Shown here: positions 48,911 to 59,896 of the stretch, piece by piece
How positions within the stretch are numbered: position 1 is the stretch's first letter
Layout of the letters: each line of letters starts with the position of its first letter
Origin: an uncultured bacterium
GTDB taxonomy: Bacteria; Chloroflexota; UBA5177; JANWHV01
Assembly (NCBI GenBank): GCA_963729625.1
Contig: CAVSOU010000011.1
Location: forward strand, 878,534 to 942,533
Direction: 5' to 3'
DNA length: 64,000 bases
Notes under the pieces: model-generated
The model's input: the letters and a program-made list of their open reading frames with translations, nothing else
The model's database searches: none
Told to the model about the DNA's origin: nothing
Translations under genes and position numbers: made by a program

Positions 48911-50396
48911 CTACCGGCAAGCCACGCGGTATGAGTTCAGACTATTCTTCTTCTTCATCGCGTAGAAGCCCATACTGTTTGCCTGCGCACAGAACTTGCT
49001 GGTACTGAGCGAGTATTCGACGTCGTATACCGGCTTACCCGCCGCGATGAACAATTGGTAGTTCGTGCACTCCTTGTACTGGAAGCACTGCTCAGCGAGC
49101 TCCCAATCGAAGATCGACACCAGATCAGGCGCCTGCTCGAAGTCGTTCTTGAGCGCGATGGACATGCCCCGCGAATGTGCCTGTCCGGCCAGCCAGGTGT
49201 TGAACGTCAGCTGGTCCTGATAGGTCAGGGTGAACCCGGTCGTATTCACGAAGCCATTCACGTTGTCGGCCTCGACCGCGTCGAAGCCTTTCTGCTTGCA
49301 CAGGTCGAACCTGGCACTGAGTATCGGTTCCAACACCGATAGCTGCCGAATGTCCAGCCACTTCTCGTCGGTGTAGGGCGGCTCGAAACTTGCGCCCTTC
49401 AGACTATCCGGGTAGCTGGAAGCGTCGGGCCGCCAGTTCTCCCACGTCCCTGCGTCGAGGTAACATGCGACCTTTCGACCCTGAGCGTGCAACGATGCAA
49501 CCACACTCGCATCATTATCAAAGAGATCGATGTCGTAGAACTGCACGTTGATCGTCTGATCGATCGGTGTTGCCAGCTGCCAGTCGAAGGTTGTGTCCAC
49601 GCCAGGTAGCCAATAACCCACAGCCGGCGTCGACGTGCTCGTCGGGCACCGTGGCCGTAGACGTCGGCGTGCTCGTCGGCACCGTGGCCGTAGACGTCGG
49701 CGTGCTCGTCGGCACCGTGGCCGTAGACGTCGGCGTGCTCGTCGGCACCGTGGCCGTAGACGTCGGCGTGCTCGTCGGCACCGTGGCCGTAGACGTCGGC
49801 GTGCTCGTCGGCACCGTGGCCGTAGACGTCGGCGTGCTCGTCGGCACCGTGGCCGTAGACGTCGGCGTGCTCGTCGGCACCGTGGCCGTAGACGTCGGCG
49901 TGCTCGTCGGGCTTGCCGTCCGCGTCACAGTTGCTGTTGCACGCGACGTGGGCGTACTTGACGCTGCCGGCGTGCGCGTCACGGTCGAGGTTAGGCGCGG
50001 CGTGAGCGTTGCCGTCGGCCCGGTGCCGCCGGTGACAGTGAAGATGGTCTGGGCCGTCACGGACCCAACTGTCACCGACACCGTATGTGGGCCATTGGCG
50101 GCCGATGGAACGGTCTGTGTGTCACTGATGGCTCCGCTGCTACTGGTATAGTCGCTGTCAAAGGAGCTGCCGTCCCAATAGACCTGAACGTCTGTAGAGG
50201 CCGGAAATCCAGAGCCAACGATCGTGAAGTCACCGCCCGGCGATCCCGAGCTGGGCTGCACGGACAGCGACGGCGCCGCCAGGGCGGTGCTGCTCGAAAG
50301 ATTGCCGCCCGGCACCCCCGGAACACCGAGCAGCAGGACAACTGACAAGCATACCGGGAGTAGTCGGCTCTGCGTCAGCTTCGCGCGGCCTGTCAT
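48911..50396 (-). CDS. Secreted GH114 polygalactosaminidase with an N-terminal Ig-like domain and Pro/Thr linker (frameshift near 49645)
   Basis: ORF 49518..50474 (signal, Ig-like, PT repeats) joins ORF 48911..49621 (WQL, YDIDLFD, CYLDAGTWENWRPD, GFDAVEADNV, LKND, EQC, VEY). The extra G lies in the last repeat unit. Confidence 0.87.
49635..49910 (-). repeat. 33-bp coding tandem repeat (PTSTATVPTST x about 8)
   Basis: gtgctcgtcggcaccgtggccgtagacgtcggc repeated head to tail without spacers. Confidence 0.93.
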
Positions 50397-50476
50397 GGTG
50401 ACCTCTGCCTTCGTTTGCCTTTCTGAGTGAAACGTTCCCACAGTCCCAAACGGGTCACGAACCGCCGCCATCAACT

Positions 50477-50511
50477 GCAGCGGGGGACGTCCGAAGTGGG
50501 TCCCCCGCTGC
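50477..50511 (-). terminator. Hairpin after the gene at 50521..50979
   Basis: GCAGCGGGGGAC...GTCCCCCGCTGC 12-bp stem. Confidence 0.6.
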
Positions 50512-50520
50512 TCGGCTGGA

Positions 50521-50979
50521 CTACTTCGCCGTAATAGTGACGCTGGCCGTGGCCACCTTGTAGAGCACGTAGTCGTTCCGGGCCAGGGCGACGATGATCT
50601 TATGCGTACCGCGCCCGCCGATGAGCGCCGGTGCGAGATTGAGTGAGACGGTCGTTGCGGTCAACGAGGCCAGCCAGCTGTGGTTGAGATCCTTCTTCGC
50701 ATAGGCATCGTTGGGGATCCTGTCCACGTAGATCTGGAAGTGGCCGTGACCGGCGATGCTGGCCTTGCCCATATTTGTGATGTCGAGCGTGATGCCCGAG
50801 GCTTGCAGGTGGAACGTGACTATCGTGTGCTTGCCGGAAATGGTGGTGGGGCTGGCCGAGACAATCTTCACGCTCATCGCCGGTTTGGTGGCGGCCAGAG
50901 CAGCGTGACCGGTGTGCGGAAACAGCGCGCCGGCCATGAGAACAGTCGACGCCAGAACCGAGGTGATGAGACGCTTCAT
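50521..50979 (-). CDS. Secreted small beta-sandwich protein (DUF4399/DUF6130-like)
   Basis: AAGGAG RBS, signal peptide, GHGHFQIYVD motif, G.HKI.V.LA.ND. Confidence 0.6.
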   Translation of the reverse strand: MKRLITSVLASTVLMAGALFPHTGHAALAATKPAMSVKIVSASPTTISGKHTIVTFHLQASGITLDITNMGKASIAGHGHFQIYVDRIPNDAYAKKDLNHSWLASLTATTVSLNLAPALIGGRGTHKIIVALARNDYVLYKVATASVTITAK

Positions 50980-51243
50980 GCTGAACTCCTTGTTCGTCTT
51001 TGCGAATCCTGCGGACAAAGGGGCGAGGCCGTCAGCTCCTGAGGCCTGCCAAATCATTCGGGCAGAGGGACCAGTCCATCACGGCCGATCTTCTGACTCG
51101 AGCCGCCGCGCCGGTGAGACACCGGCCAGTGCGCTGCGCGATCCCGAGGCACGACCGCATGGGCGGGTCCCGCCACCCCTTTCCAAGGCCTCAGTGTATA
51201 GGCTGTCTCCTTCCACTCATATAGGAAATTGTTGCAGGCTGCG

Positions 51244-54200
51244 TCACGAGGTGACGGTCAGCGTGCCGTTGACGTACTTGATGTTGTAGTTCGCGTCGAC
51301 CGCGCCACTGGGCACGATGGGATAGCTTCCCGGCTGCGTCGAGCTTCCGGCGCCCCACTGCACGGCAAACGCGGGCAGCGTGGTAAGCGACCTGGACGTA
51401 TCGCCGTTGACGAAACCGCTGAAGCTGGCGGAGAAAGCCGGCACGACACCGCCTTGGACCATGCTCTGCTATTGGCAGTGATCGTAAGGCGGGCCGGCAC
51501 AACCGTCAGCGTGGCGTTGATGTAGACGATCTTGTAGTTGTTCGTGCGAAGGTACCGCGCCGCTAAACGTGATCGGGAATGAGCCTACCGGACTTTGCGC
51601 GTGGCGCTGGTCGTGCCGGTGGGCTGTTGCCAACGAATCGCCATTGACGAGCCCGCTAACCGTGAAGGTCAGGCTCGGCATGGCGGCGCCGTACATTTTG
51701 GATTTGTTCGTGGCCGTGATGGTGATAGTGGCCGGCGTCACCGTCAGGGTGCCGCTCACATAGGTGATCGCGTAGTCGCTGCTGTCGGTGACGCCAATGT
51801 TTGACGGGGCGTGACCGAGTAATTGCCAACCGGGCAATTAGCGGTCGTCGGGTATAGCTTGCGTGCTGCACGCATCGGTGTACGTCGGACCTGTTGGTGA
51901 TGGTGTCGCCGGCCGTCAGGCCGCTGATCGTGTAGCTGAAGGCCGGGTTGCTGGTGCCGTAGACCTTGGACGTGCTGTTGGCTGTGATCTTCAGCGTTGC
52001 CTGGACGACGGCGAGCGTGCCCGTGCGATACGCGATCGTGTAGCTCGCGGCGTCGCTTCCGGATACGGATGCGCCGCTGGCCGTAACATTGTACGAACCC
52101 ACGGGACTGTTGGTTACCGCCGTTGTGCTGAAGCTGACTCCGGATATGGTGTCAGACTTGTTGGCCAGGCCGCTGGCGGTGTAGGTGAAAGTCGGATTGG
52201 CCGTCCCATACACCTTGGCCTTATTGTCGACGCTGATGACCAGTGTGGCCTTTGCAATCGAGAACGACTGCTTCACCGGCGTCGCCGCGCTGTAGTTCCC
52301 GTTGCCGGCCTGCGAAGCCGTGACCGTGCACGAGCCCGCGCCGGTGAGGTGCACCGTGCTCGTGCCCGCGGCGACCGAGCAGGCGCCTGTGGCGCTGAAG
52401 CTCACCGCGAGACCGGAGCTGGCCGTGCCGGCAATCGTGTAGTCCGCGGCGCCATAGGTCTGATTGCTCAGAGCGGGGAAGCTGATGGTCTGACTGGCTG
52501 CGGTGATGGTCAGCAAGGCCGAGCCGGCGCTGGCAACGTAGCTGGCGTCGCCGGCGAAAGTCGCGCCCACTCCGGCCGGATAGCTGCTCGCCGCAATGGT
52601 GCCGAGGCTTACGCTGGTGAGCGTCGCCATTCCGGTGGCGTTCGTCGTCGCCGGTCCGACCGACTGGCCATTCAGCGTGAAGCTGACCGACCGACCGGAC
52701 ACGCTGCCGTGCCCGCGAGCAGCGTGGCCTGCAGGGTCGCCGTGCCGCCATAGGTGCCGGAAGCAGGGGCGACAGTCAGCGTCGTAGCGCTCGCGAGGAT
52801 GTCGAACGTGTTGCTCGTCGCGCCGGCCAGCGTCCCCGAGCTCGCGGTCAGCGTGTAGCCGGTGCCCGCGGCGTCGATAGACAGATCGCTGAAGGCAGCG
52901 ATGCCGCCGGCAGCGGCCTGGGTTGCCGTGCCTCCCAGGTGACCACTGCTCGGATTGGATCCTATGGCTAAGGTCACCGGGGCGGTACTCGTGGTCGGGT
53001 TGCCGAATTGGTCAAGGATCCTGACCGTCACGCCGGGCTGGATGGTGGCGCCCACGAGGACGGACGCCGGTTGCTGTACGAATGCAAGAGCGGCGTCCAG
53101 GCCCGGCGTGATGTTGAACGCATTGCTTGTGGCGCTTGCCAGCAGTCCGGAGCTCGCGACGAGCGTGTAGCCGTTGCCCATTTTATCGATGGATACGCCG
53201 CTGAAGGTAGCGGTGCCGGCGACCGCGGCCTGACTTGCCGTGGTCAAGAGCTGGCCGTCGCCCGGATTGCTGCCGATAGCCAGGCTCACGACGGCCGAGC
53301 TGGTGGTGAGGTTGCCAAGGGCATCCTCGATCTGCACGGTGACCACCGGCGAGATGCCGACGCCCGCCTGTGCCGATGTGGGCTGCTGCCCGAACACGAG
53401 CATCGCGTCCGCGCCCGGCGTGATGTCGAACAAGGTGCTCGGCAGACTGGTGAGTGAACCGGAGCTGGCGACGAGTGTGTAGCCCCTACCCACCTTATTG
53501 ATGGACAGGTCGCCGAAGCTCACCAAGCCGTTCACGGCGGCAGCACTCAGCGTGCCGCCGAGCGTGCCGCTGCCCGCGTTGGTACCGATGGCGAGCGTGA
53601 CCGTCGCCGTGCTCGCGGTGGCATTGCCGTAGGCGTCCTCGATCTGCACGGTGACCGGCGGCGAGATGGGGGCGCCCGCGACGGCAGATGTTGGTCCTTG
53701 TACGAAGATCAGCTTGCTATCCGGGCCGGGACCGACGGTAAAGACGGCACTGGTCCCGGCCGTCAACGTGTCGCCGCTCGTGGCCGAGGCAACGAGCGAG
53801 ACACCGCTCTCGGCCTTGGTGTAGACGATCCCGGTGAGCGTGACGGAGCTGGTCCCGGCCGCAATCGTGCCGGTGACCGTTCCGGTGAGGATACCGGTGC
53901 CGCTACCGAGGCTCATCGCCACGTTGGTGGCGTTGGTCACGATCGCCCCGTTGCCGGTCGCATCCATCGCCTGCACGGTCGCCGTGAACGGCACACCGGC
54001 GGAGATGGTGCTGCTCATCGACGTGATTGCCAGGTTCGTATCCTGGCCAGCCAATGGCAGGGTGACCTGCTGTCCGGCGCCCAGCGCGACGCTGGCGATG
54101 TACTGACCGCCGTAGAACTCGGCGCCCGCCATGTCCAGTCCGGTGACCGGTATCGTGGCGCCGTTGACCGTGTTGAGAGTGATGGAGGTCCATGCGCCCG

Positions 54201-56562
54201 AGGTGCTTCGGGTGATGGTGCCGGTCGCGCCCGAGGCGTTGTACGCCATGCGCGACGCCATGTCCATGCCGAGCTGGTCCATAGTCGGGCTGACGAGGGG
54301 CAGATTGAAGTAGCTGCTGTACTTGCTGATAACGCTCCCCATGAGGTCGCTGAAGACCGAGTTGGTCCCGCTATACGCGCGCATGTTGGCGACGTGGAAC
54401 ATCAGCGGGTCCATGTCGCCCCGCAGCACGTAGCCGAGGATGGTGTTGGTTTCCCGGTTCACCAGGTCTGTGTAGCTGGTCACGTGGCCGGGGGCGCCCG
54501 ATGGGTAGATGCAGTTGTCCTCATTCAGCCACTCAGTATTGTTCGTGACGTTGTAGTAGAGGTTCACCGGATGGCGCGGGATGATCAGGATCGGGGCCAG
54601 GCCGGCAGGAACGAACGAGTCGTACTGCCCCGCGTTCGGTGTCGGGTTGTTGTAGTCGGTAGGATCGGAGTTGTACGGCACGGTGGTCGCGCCGGTGTGC
54701 GAGCTATCGCCGTCCACGTAGCGTATGCCGAAGTTGTCGGCCTGGGTCAGGAAGCCCGGGTTGGTGTGGCCGGAATACTCGGGGTTGACCATGTCGTTTG
54801 TCGTGTAGTTGGGTAGGGTCAGCGTCATAGCAACGGAGTTGTTGAGCGTCAGCTCCTGCAGGTAGTCGGCGCTCATCGCCTGCTGGCTGAGCGTGCCGGT
54901 GGGTGTGTTTGGCGTGGTGAACGTAATGTCGTTCAGCGCGTCCGAATTGGGCGGCTGGACCGTCCAGGTGCCCAGGTTCGCATGGTCGTACGTGTGGCTT
55001 ATCCAGTTGAAATACGACTTGTCATTTGCCGTGGCGGCAGCCAGGGTGTCCGGCGTCGTGCCTCGCCAGTCCGTGGGGTTCACATACCCCACCCCGTTGA
55101 AGGCCAGGCTGACGCCGAGGTTGATGGCCACGCCGGTCTTGTGGGCGTTCAGCCAGGTCACGAAGCTGTCCAGGTCGGAGCCGGTCATGCGGTAGGTTGC
55201 GCCGGTCGTCGTGTTGACAGTGCCGTCCGGGTTGAACTGGCAGCTTCCGCCCGGTAGGTTCCACTCGTCGTCGTCGATGAAGAAGTCGTCGAGCTGCGGG
55301 CTCAGGTAGACGTGGCGGTCGCCCAGGAACGTGCCCTGCGTCACCCAGTTCACCATGCCGTAGGAGAGCACGAGGTTGTGCGTGAGGAACGGGTTGCTGT
55401 TGAAGGTCAGACTCAGCGTCTGTGCCCCGGAGGCGTCGCTGCTGATGAGGGCGAGCGCGTTGCCCGAGCCGTCCACGAGCAGCGGCGTGGTGCCGGTGAG
55501 CGACTGGGCTTGAAGGATCCAGGTGCTGCCGCTTGGCTCACCGATCACCAGTTGCGAAGCAGCGTTGGCGTAGCTGAAGACCTGCTGCCCGGCGGTGGTG
55601 TAGGTGGTTGTCACCGGGGTACTGCCCGAGGCGTTGGGCACATTAAAGCCGAGCGTTGAGGACGGCCAGGTGGCGTACCAGACGACCTCGCGCAGGCCGA
55701 AGTCGTCCACGTAGGTCGTGAGATTGGCCCAGTCCAGTGCGCTCAACGCGCTAACCCAGCTGGGGTTGTAGTAGCCGAGGACGTCGGTCTCCAGGATCAC
55801 ACCGTCGTAGGGGGACTGCGTGGTGTTGGCGGCCAGGTTCGCGAGGAAGTTTGTCTCGGGCACTCCAGGGCCGAAGTCCATGTAGTTGTTGCCGGAGTTG
55901 CTGGGGTCGTAGTGCAGGCCGGCCGTTGGGCTGATGGTCGACGAGCTGTACAGAGTTTGCGCGGTGGCCACGTACAGGTCGTACGGCGTGCCGAGGTCGT
56001 CCAGCGTCTGGGCGATCGCCGGCAAGTCCGGCTGCGTGTTGTTGGCTGACAGGACCAGCAGCCTCATGCCGAGCGACTGGGGGGCGGTAAGCGTGGTGAG
56101 CGGCTTAATCAGCGCCCTGAAACCTAGCCCGGGTGGGACGGTCGGGCGCGCGAGCGGCGGGTACGGATGGTCGGGCTTGGTGCCGGGCGGCACCGGCCCC
56201 ACTTCGAGCGTATCGCCCGACAGCGCGTTCCGCGTCGCGGCGGCGGTGGCCGGCGCGGTGCTGGTAGCGGTAGGGGCCGGCGCTGTCGCGGTATCGGCGG
56301 GCACCACCGGCGTGCTGGTGGCCGAGTCAGCCGGCATGGTCGCCGTGCCGGTTGGCGCGGGCGTCGCGGTGTCGGTCGGGACATCCGTCGCTGTGCCGGT
56401 AACCTGGCCGCCGTCATCGCCGGACGTCTGGGTCGTCTGCTGGTCCTGGTTGGCCGAGGCCATGGCGCTCACAGAAGGTGTCGATGCGCGGACGAGCGCC
56501 GTCGAGAGGACCAACAGGATGAGAGCTATGAGCCTTACGCCTTGACGCGGCACTCTGTCCAT
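51244..56562 (-). CDS. Giant secreted Agd3/CE18-like polysaccharide deacetylase with Ig-like and MBG repeats (C-terminus frameshifted)
   Basis: Signal peptide. Agd3-like motifs LGTPYD, YDGVIL, R.VYLSPQLDDFF, WISHTYDH, IIPRHP.NLYYN, DPLMFHVANMR. Then LIFVQGP/FGQQP Ig-like repeats and MBG-like repeats (K.KVYG..NP.FTY, Y..GTLTV) across ORFs 52672, 51656, 51469 and 51244. Confidence 0.8.
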
Positions 56563-56600
56563 ATGTTGAACTCCTTGCTATGGCGGGTGGTCTGAAAGGT

Positions 56601-56629
56601 GGGGGGTTATCGGTTCCGGATAACCCCCC
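56601..56629 (-). terminator. Hairpin between the 56715 gene and the Agd3-like gene
   Basis: GGGGGGTTATC...GATAACCCCCC 11-bp stem. Confidence 0.55.
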
Positions 56630-56714
56630 CGAGTGAACTCCTGCGGCTACGCGCTACCTGTTGCCTCTGCCTTGGAAAACCGTGTAGCCGAAATCAATTA
56701 CCTCCCGTTAGTGG

Positions 56715-59700
56715 TCAGGAATGGGTGACCACCACCGCTTCGTAATCCAGATCAAAGTTGTCGGCGGCGTTGTTGGCGTCAACCTCGATGCGTATTTGAC
56801 CCGAGCTGTTGACGTAGTGCGACAACGTGCCGGACGCGTTGAAGGTGAGAAGGTGCCACGCCCAGTTGCCGGCACCGGTGTTGTCGCCCAGGGTGACGTA
56901 GGTGCTGGTAGTCCAGTCGTAGACGTGCCAGGTCCAGCGCTGCTCCGCCGCGGCATCACCCATGTAGTTGGCACGTATCTGCAGCGCGGTGACCGAGGAT
57001 GGCGATACGGTGCCGGGCAGGGTATAGGTGCGATACCCCTGGTAGTAGGGGGCCGCGCTGACGGTGTCGAACTCCACGTAGTCGTTCCAGGTGTCCTGCG
57101 TGCCGGACTGATCTTGCACCGCCAGGGCGCTGACCGGCTGGCCGCCACTGGTACCCGAGAGCGTGGTGTAGGAGACGGGCGCGAGCGTGACCGAGCCACC
57201 TTGGCCCGGCGTGCTCGTGGCCGTCGGCGGTACCGGCGTGTTCGTCGGCGTGTTCACCGGCGGGATGGTCGGCACCGTGGTCGGCGTATTGGTGCGTACA
57301 GGGGTTGGTCTGGTGGCCGTCGCCGTATTCACCGGCGTGTTCGTCGGCGTGTTCACCGGCGGGATGGTCGGCACCGTGGTCGGCGTATTGGTCGCCGTGT
57401 TTACCGGTGTGTTCGTCGGCGTGTTCACCGGCGGGATGGTCGGCACCGTGGTCGGCGTATTGGTCGACGACACCGGTGTGTTGGTCCTGGTCGCCGTCGC
57501 CGTGTTCACCGGCGTGTTCGTCGCCGTAGGAGCGGGGCCACCGCCGCTGTAGCCCACCACTACTGCTTCGTAGTCGAGCTCACAGTTGTCGGACGCGTTG
57601 TTTGTGCCAAGCGCGATGCGGATCTGCCCCGCGCTGTTGACGTAGTGGGCCAGCGTGCCGCTCGCGTTGAAGCTCAGCGGTGACCACACCCAGTCAGAGG
57701 CACCGGTATTGTCGCCCAGGGTGACGTAGGTGCTGGTCGTCCAGTCGTAAATCTGCCAGGTCCAGCGCTGGGCGCTCACGGCCTGCCCGATGAAGTTCGT
57801 CTGCACCTGCAGCGACGTGAGCGAGGCAGGCTGACACGGTACTCGGCAGCGTGTAGGTGCGATACCCGGAATAGTATGGAGACGCGCTGACCGTGTCGAA
57901 CTCCACGTAGTCGTTCCAGGTATCCTGCGTGCCGGACTGGTCCTTCACCCAGAGCGCGCTGACCGCCTGGCCGCCGCTGCTGCCCGAGGTCGTCGTGTAG
58001 GAGACGGGCGTCAGCGTGAGCGAGCCCGAACTACCGGGCGTGCTCGTGGCCGTCGGCGGTACCGGCGTATTCGTCGGCGTGTTCACCGGCGGGATGGTCG
58101 GCACAATGGTCGGCGTGTTCACCGGCGTGTTGGTCCTGGTCGCCGTCGGCACTACCGGGGTATTCGTCGGCGTGTTGACCGGCGGAATGGTCGGCACCGT
58201 GGTCGGCGTGTTGGTTGCCGTGTTCACCGGCGTGTTGGTCCTGGTCGCCGTCGGCGGCACCGGCGTGTTCGTCGGCGTGTTCACCGGCGGGATGGTCGGC
58301 ACCGTGGTCGGCGTGTTCGTCGCCGTGTTCACCGGCGTGTTGGTCCTGGTCGCCGTCGGCGGCACCGGCGTATTCGTCGGCGTGTTCACCGGCGGGATCG
58401 TCGGCACCGTGGTCGGCGTGTTCGTCGCCGTGTTCACCGGCGTGTTGGTCCTGGTCGCCGTCGGCGGTACCGGCGTATTCGTCGGCGTGTTCACCGGCGG
58501 GATCGTCGGCACCGTGGTCGGTGTATTGGTCGCCGTGTTTACCGGCGTGTTGGTCCTGGTCGCCGTTGGCGGCACCGGCGTGTTCGTCGCGGTGTTCACC
58601 GGTGTGTTCGTCGGTGTGTTCGTCGGTGTGTTGACCGGCGTGTTGGTCCTGGTGGCCGTCGGCGGTACCGGCGTATTCGTCGCGGTGTTCACCGGCGTGT
58701 TGGTTCTGGTCGCCGTCGCCGTGTTCACCGGCGTATTAGTCGGTGTGTTCACCGGCGTGTTGGTCCTGGTGGCCGTCGGCGGTACCGGCGTATTGGTCGG
58801 CGTGTTCACCGGCGGGATGGTCGGCACCGTGGTCGGTGTGTTGGTCGTCGTGTTCACCGGCGTGTTCGTCGCCGTGTTCACCGGCGTGTTGGTCGGTGTG
58901 TTGGTCGCCGTGTTCGTGGGTGTGTTGGTCGCCGTATTCGTCGGAGTGTTGGTCGCCGTGTCGGTGGGCGTCGACGTGTTGGTCGGCGTGTTGGTGCTCG
59001 TCGCGGTCGCGGTCGGCGTGGGCGGTATTACCGCCAGGGTCACGGCAGGCAGCGGATCGTAGCTCGCGTCTGGCGTGCCCGAGCTGGTGCCCTTGACGAG
59101 CTGGCCCGCGTCGCCGTAGCAGGTCACGCTGAAGCTTGTACCCGAGGCCGCGGCGTAGTAGGCACTCGGAGTCGAGAAGTAGGTGTCACCGGACATGTCC
59201 CAGGTGCCGTCAGATTGGATCTGGCGGTTCACGTCGCCGAAGACGGTGCTCAGCGGCAGCGACGAGGGGCTCGCGCTGCTGCCCCAGTTGCCGATGCACA
59301 GCGTCTGGTTGCTCGCCGGGACGCCGCCCGTGGAGGTCTGGACCGACCCATTGGGAAAGATCGTCGGATTGGGCGGGATGCCCAGACTTGACGCGCCACT
59401 GGGAGCGAGCTGCGTGATCTCGTCCGCCGGCAGCGCAGTGCCGCCGACGATCGGCTCGATGACGTACGTGGTGGCCGGCGCGAGGCCGCTTAGCGTCATG
59501 CTGTGCACCGTGCTGGACACCGTGGCGGACGTGTTGCCGGCAGCGACATCCCGGTCGTCGAGCGCGGGAGTCGTCAAACTGCCGTTGCTTTGCGGCCAGA
59601 ACTGGACTGATGCCGTGGTCTCGGAGTCCGTGGTGAAGACCACTGAGAATCCTACGTTGGTGTCGCTGATTGAAACCAGGTTGGTGGCCGTAAGCTGGCC

Positions 59701-59883
59701 GACGCCATCCGTCCCAGACGCCAGCGCCCGCCCCGCGGGACCCTGACCCGGTTGCCAGCCGGGGATGATTCCTGCCGGCCAGATCATTGCCGCCAGAAGT
59801 GTTGCCGACAGGGCCAGCCCCAGAGGTCGTCTCATCTGCCTTCTCCTACGCACTGCCTGCTGCCTTCTCCTACGCACTGCCAT
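56715..59883 (-). CDS. Secreted surface protein: FN3-like domain, very long Pro/Thr/Asn linker, two copies of a Trp-rich module (frameshift near 57825)
   Basis: Basic N-region plus signal; V.FTTD...[16 protein letters not shown]3-like domain; ORFs 57694..59883 and 56715..57806 join within module copy A. Confidence 0.78.
57210..59020 (-). repeat. Degenerate Pro/Thr/Asn coding repeats ([20 protein letters not shown])
   Basis: Two low-complexity blocks at about 57210-57530 and 58040-59020. Confidence 0.88.
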
Positions 59884-59896
59884 CTCCCTCCTCCCG

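Noticed and set aside
49635-49910. 33-bp direct repeats as a CRISPR array
   Set aside because: Head-to-tail with no unique spacers, encodes a Pro/Thr linker in frame, and no cas genes are present.
47074-50396. Calling the GH114 genes pelA
   Set aside because: They lack the PelA deacetylase domain, and their motifs fit single-domain GH114/Ega3-type enzymes.
51060-51135. Cobalamin riboswitch (minus-strand CCGGTG...CCGGCGCGG and GAGTCAGAAGATCGGCC)
   Set aside because: Lacks the AGGGAA and CCCGCnACTGT core elements; kept only as an unknown structured leader.
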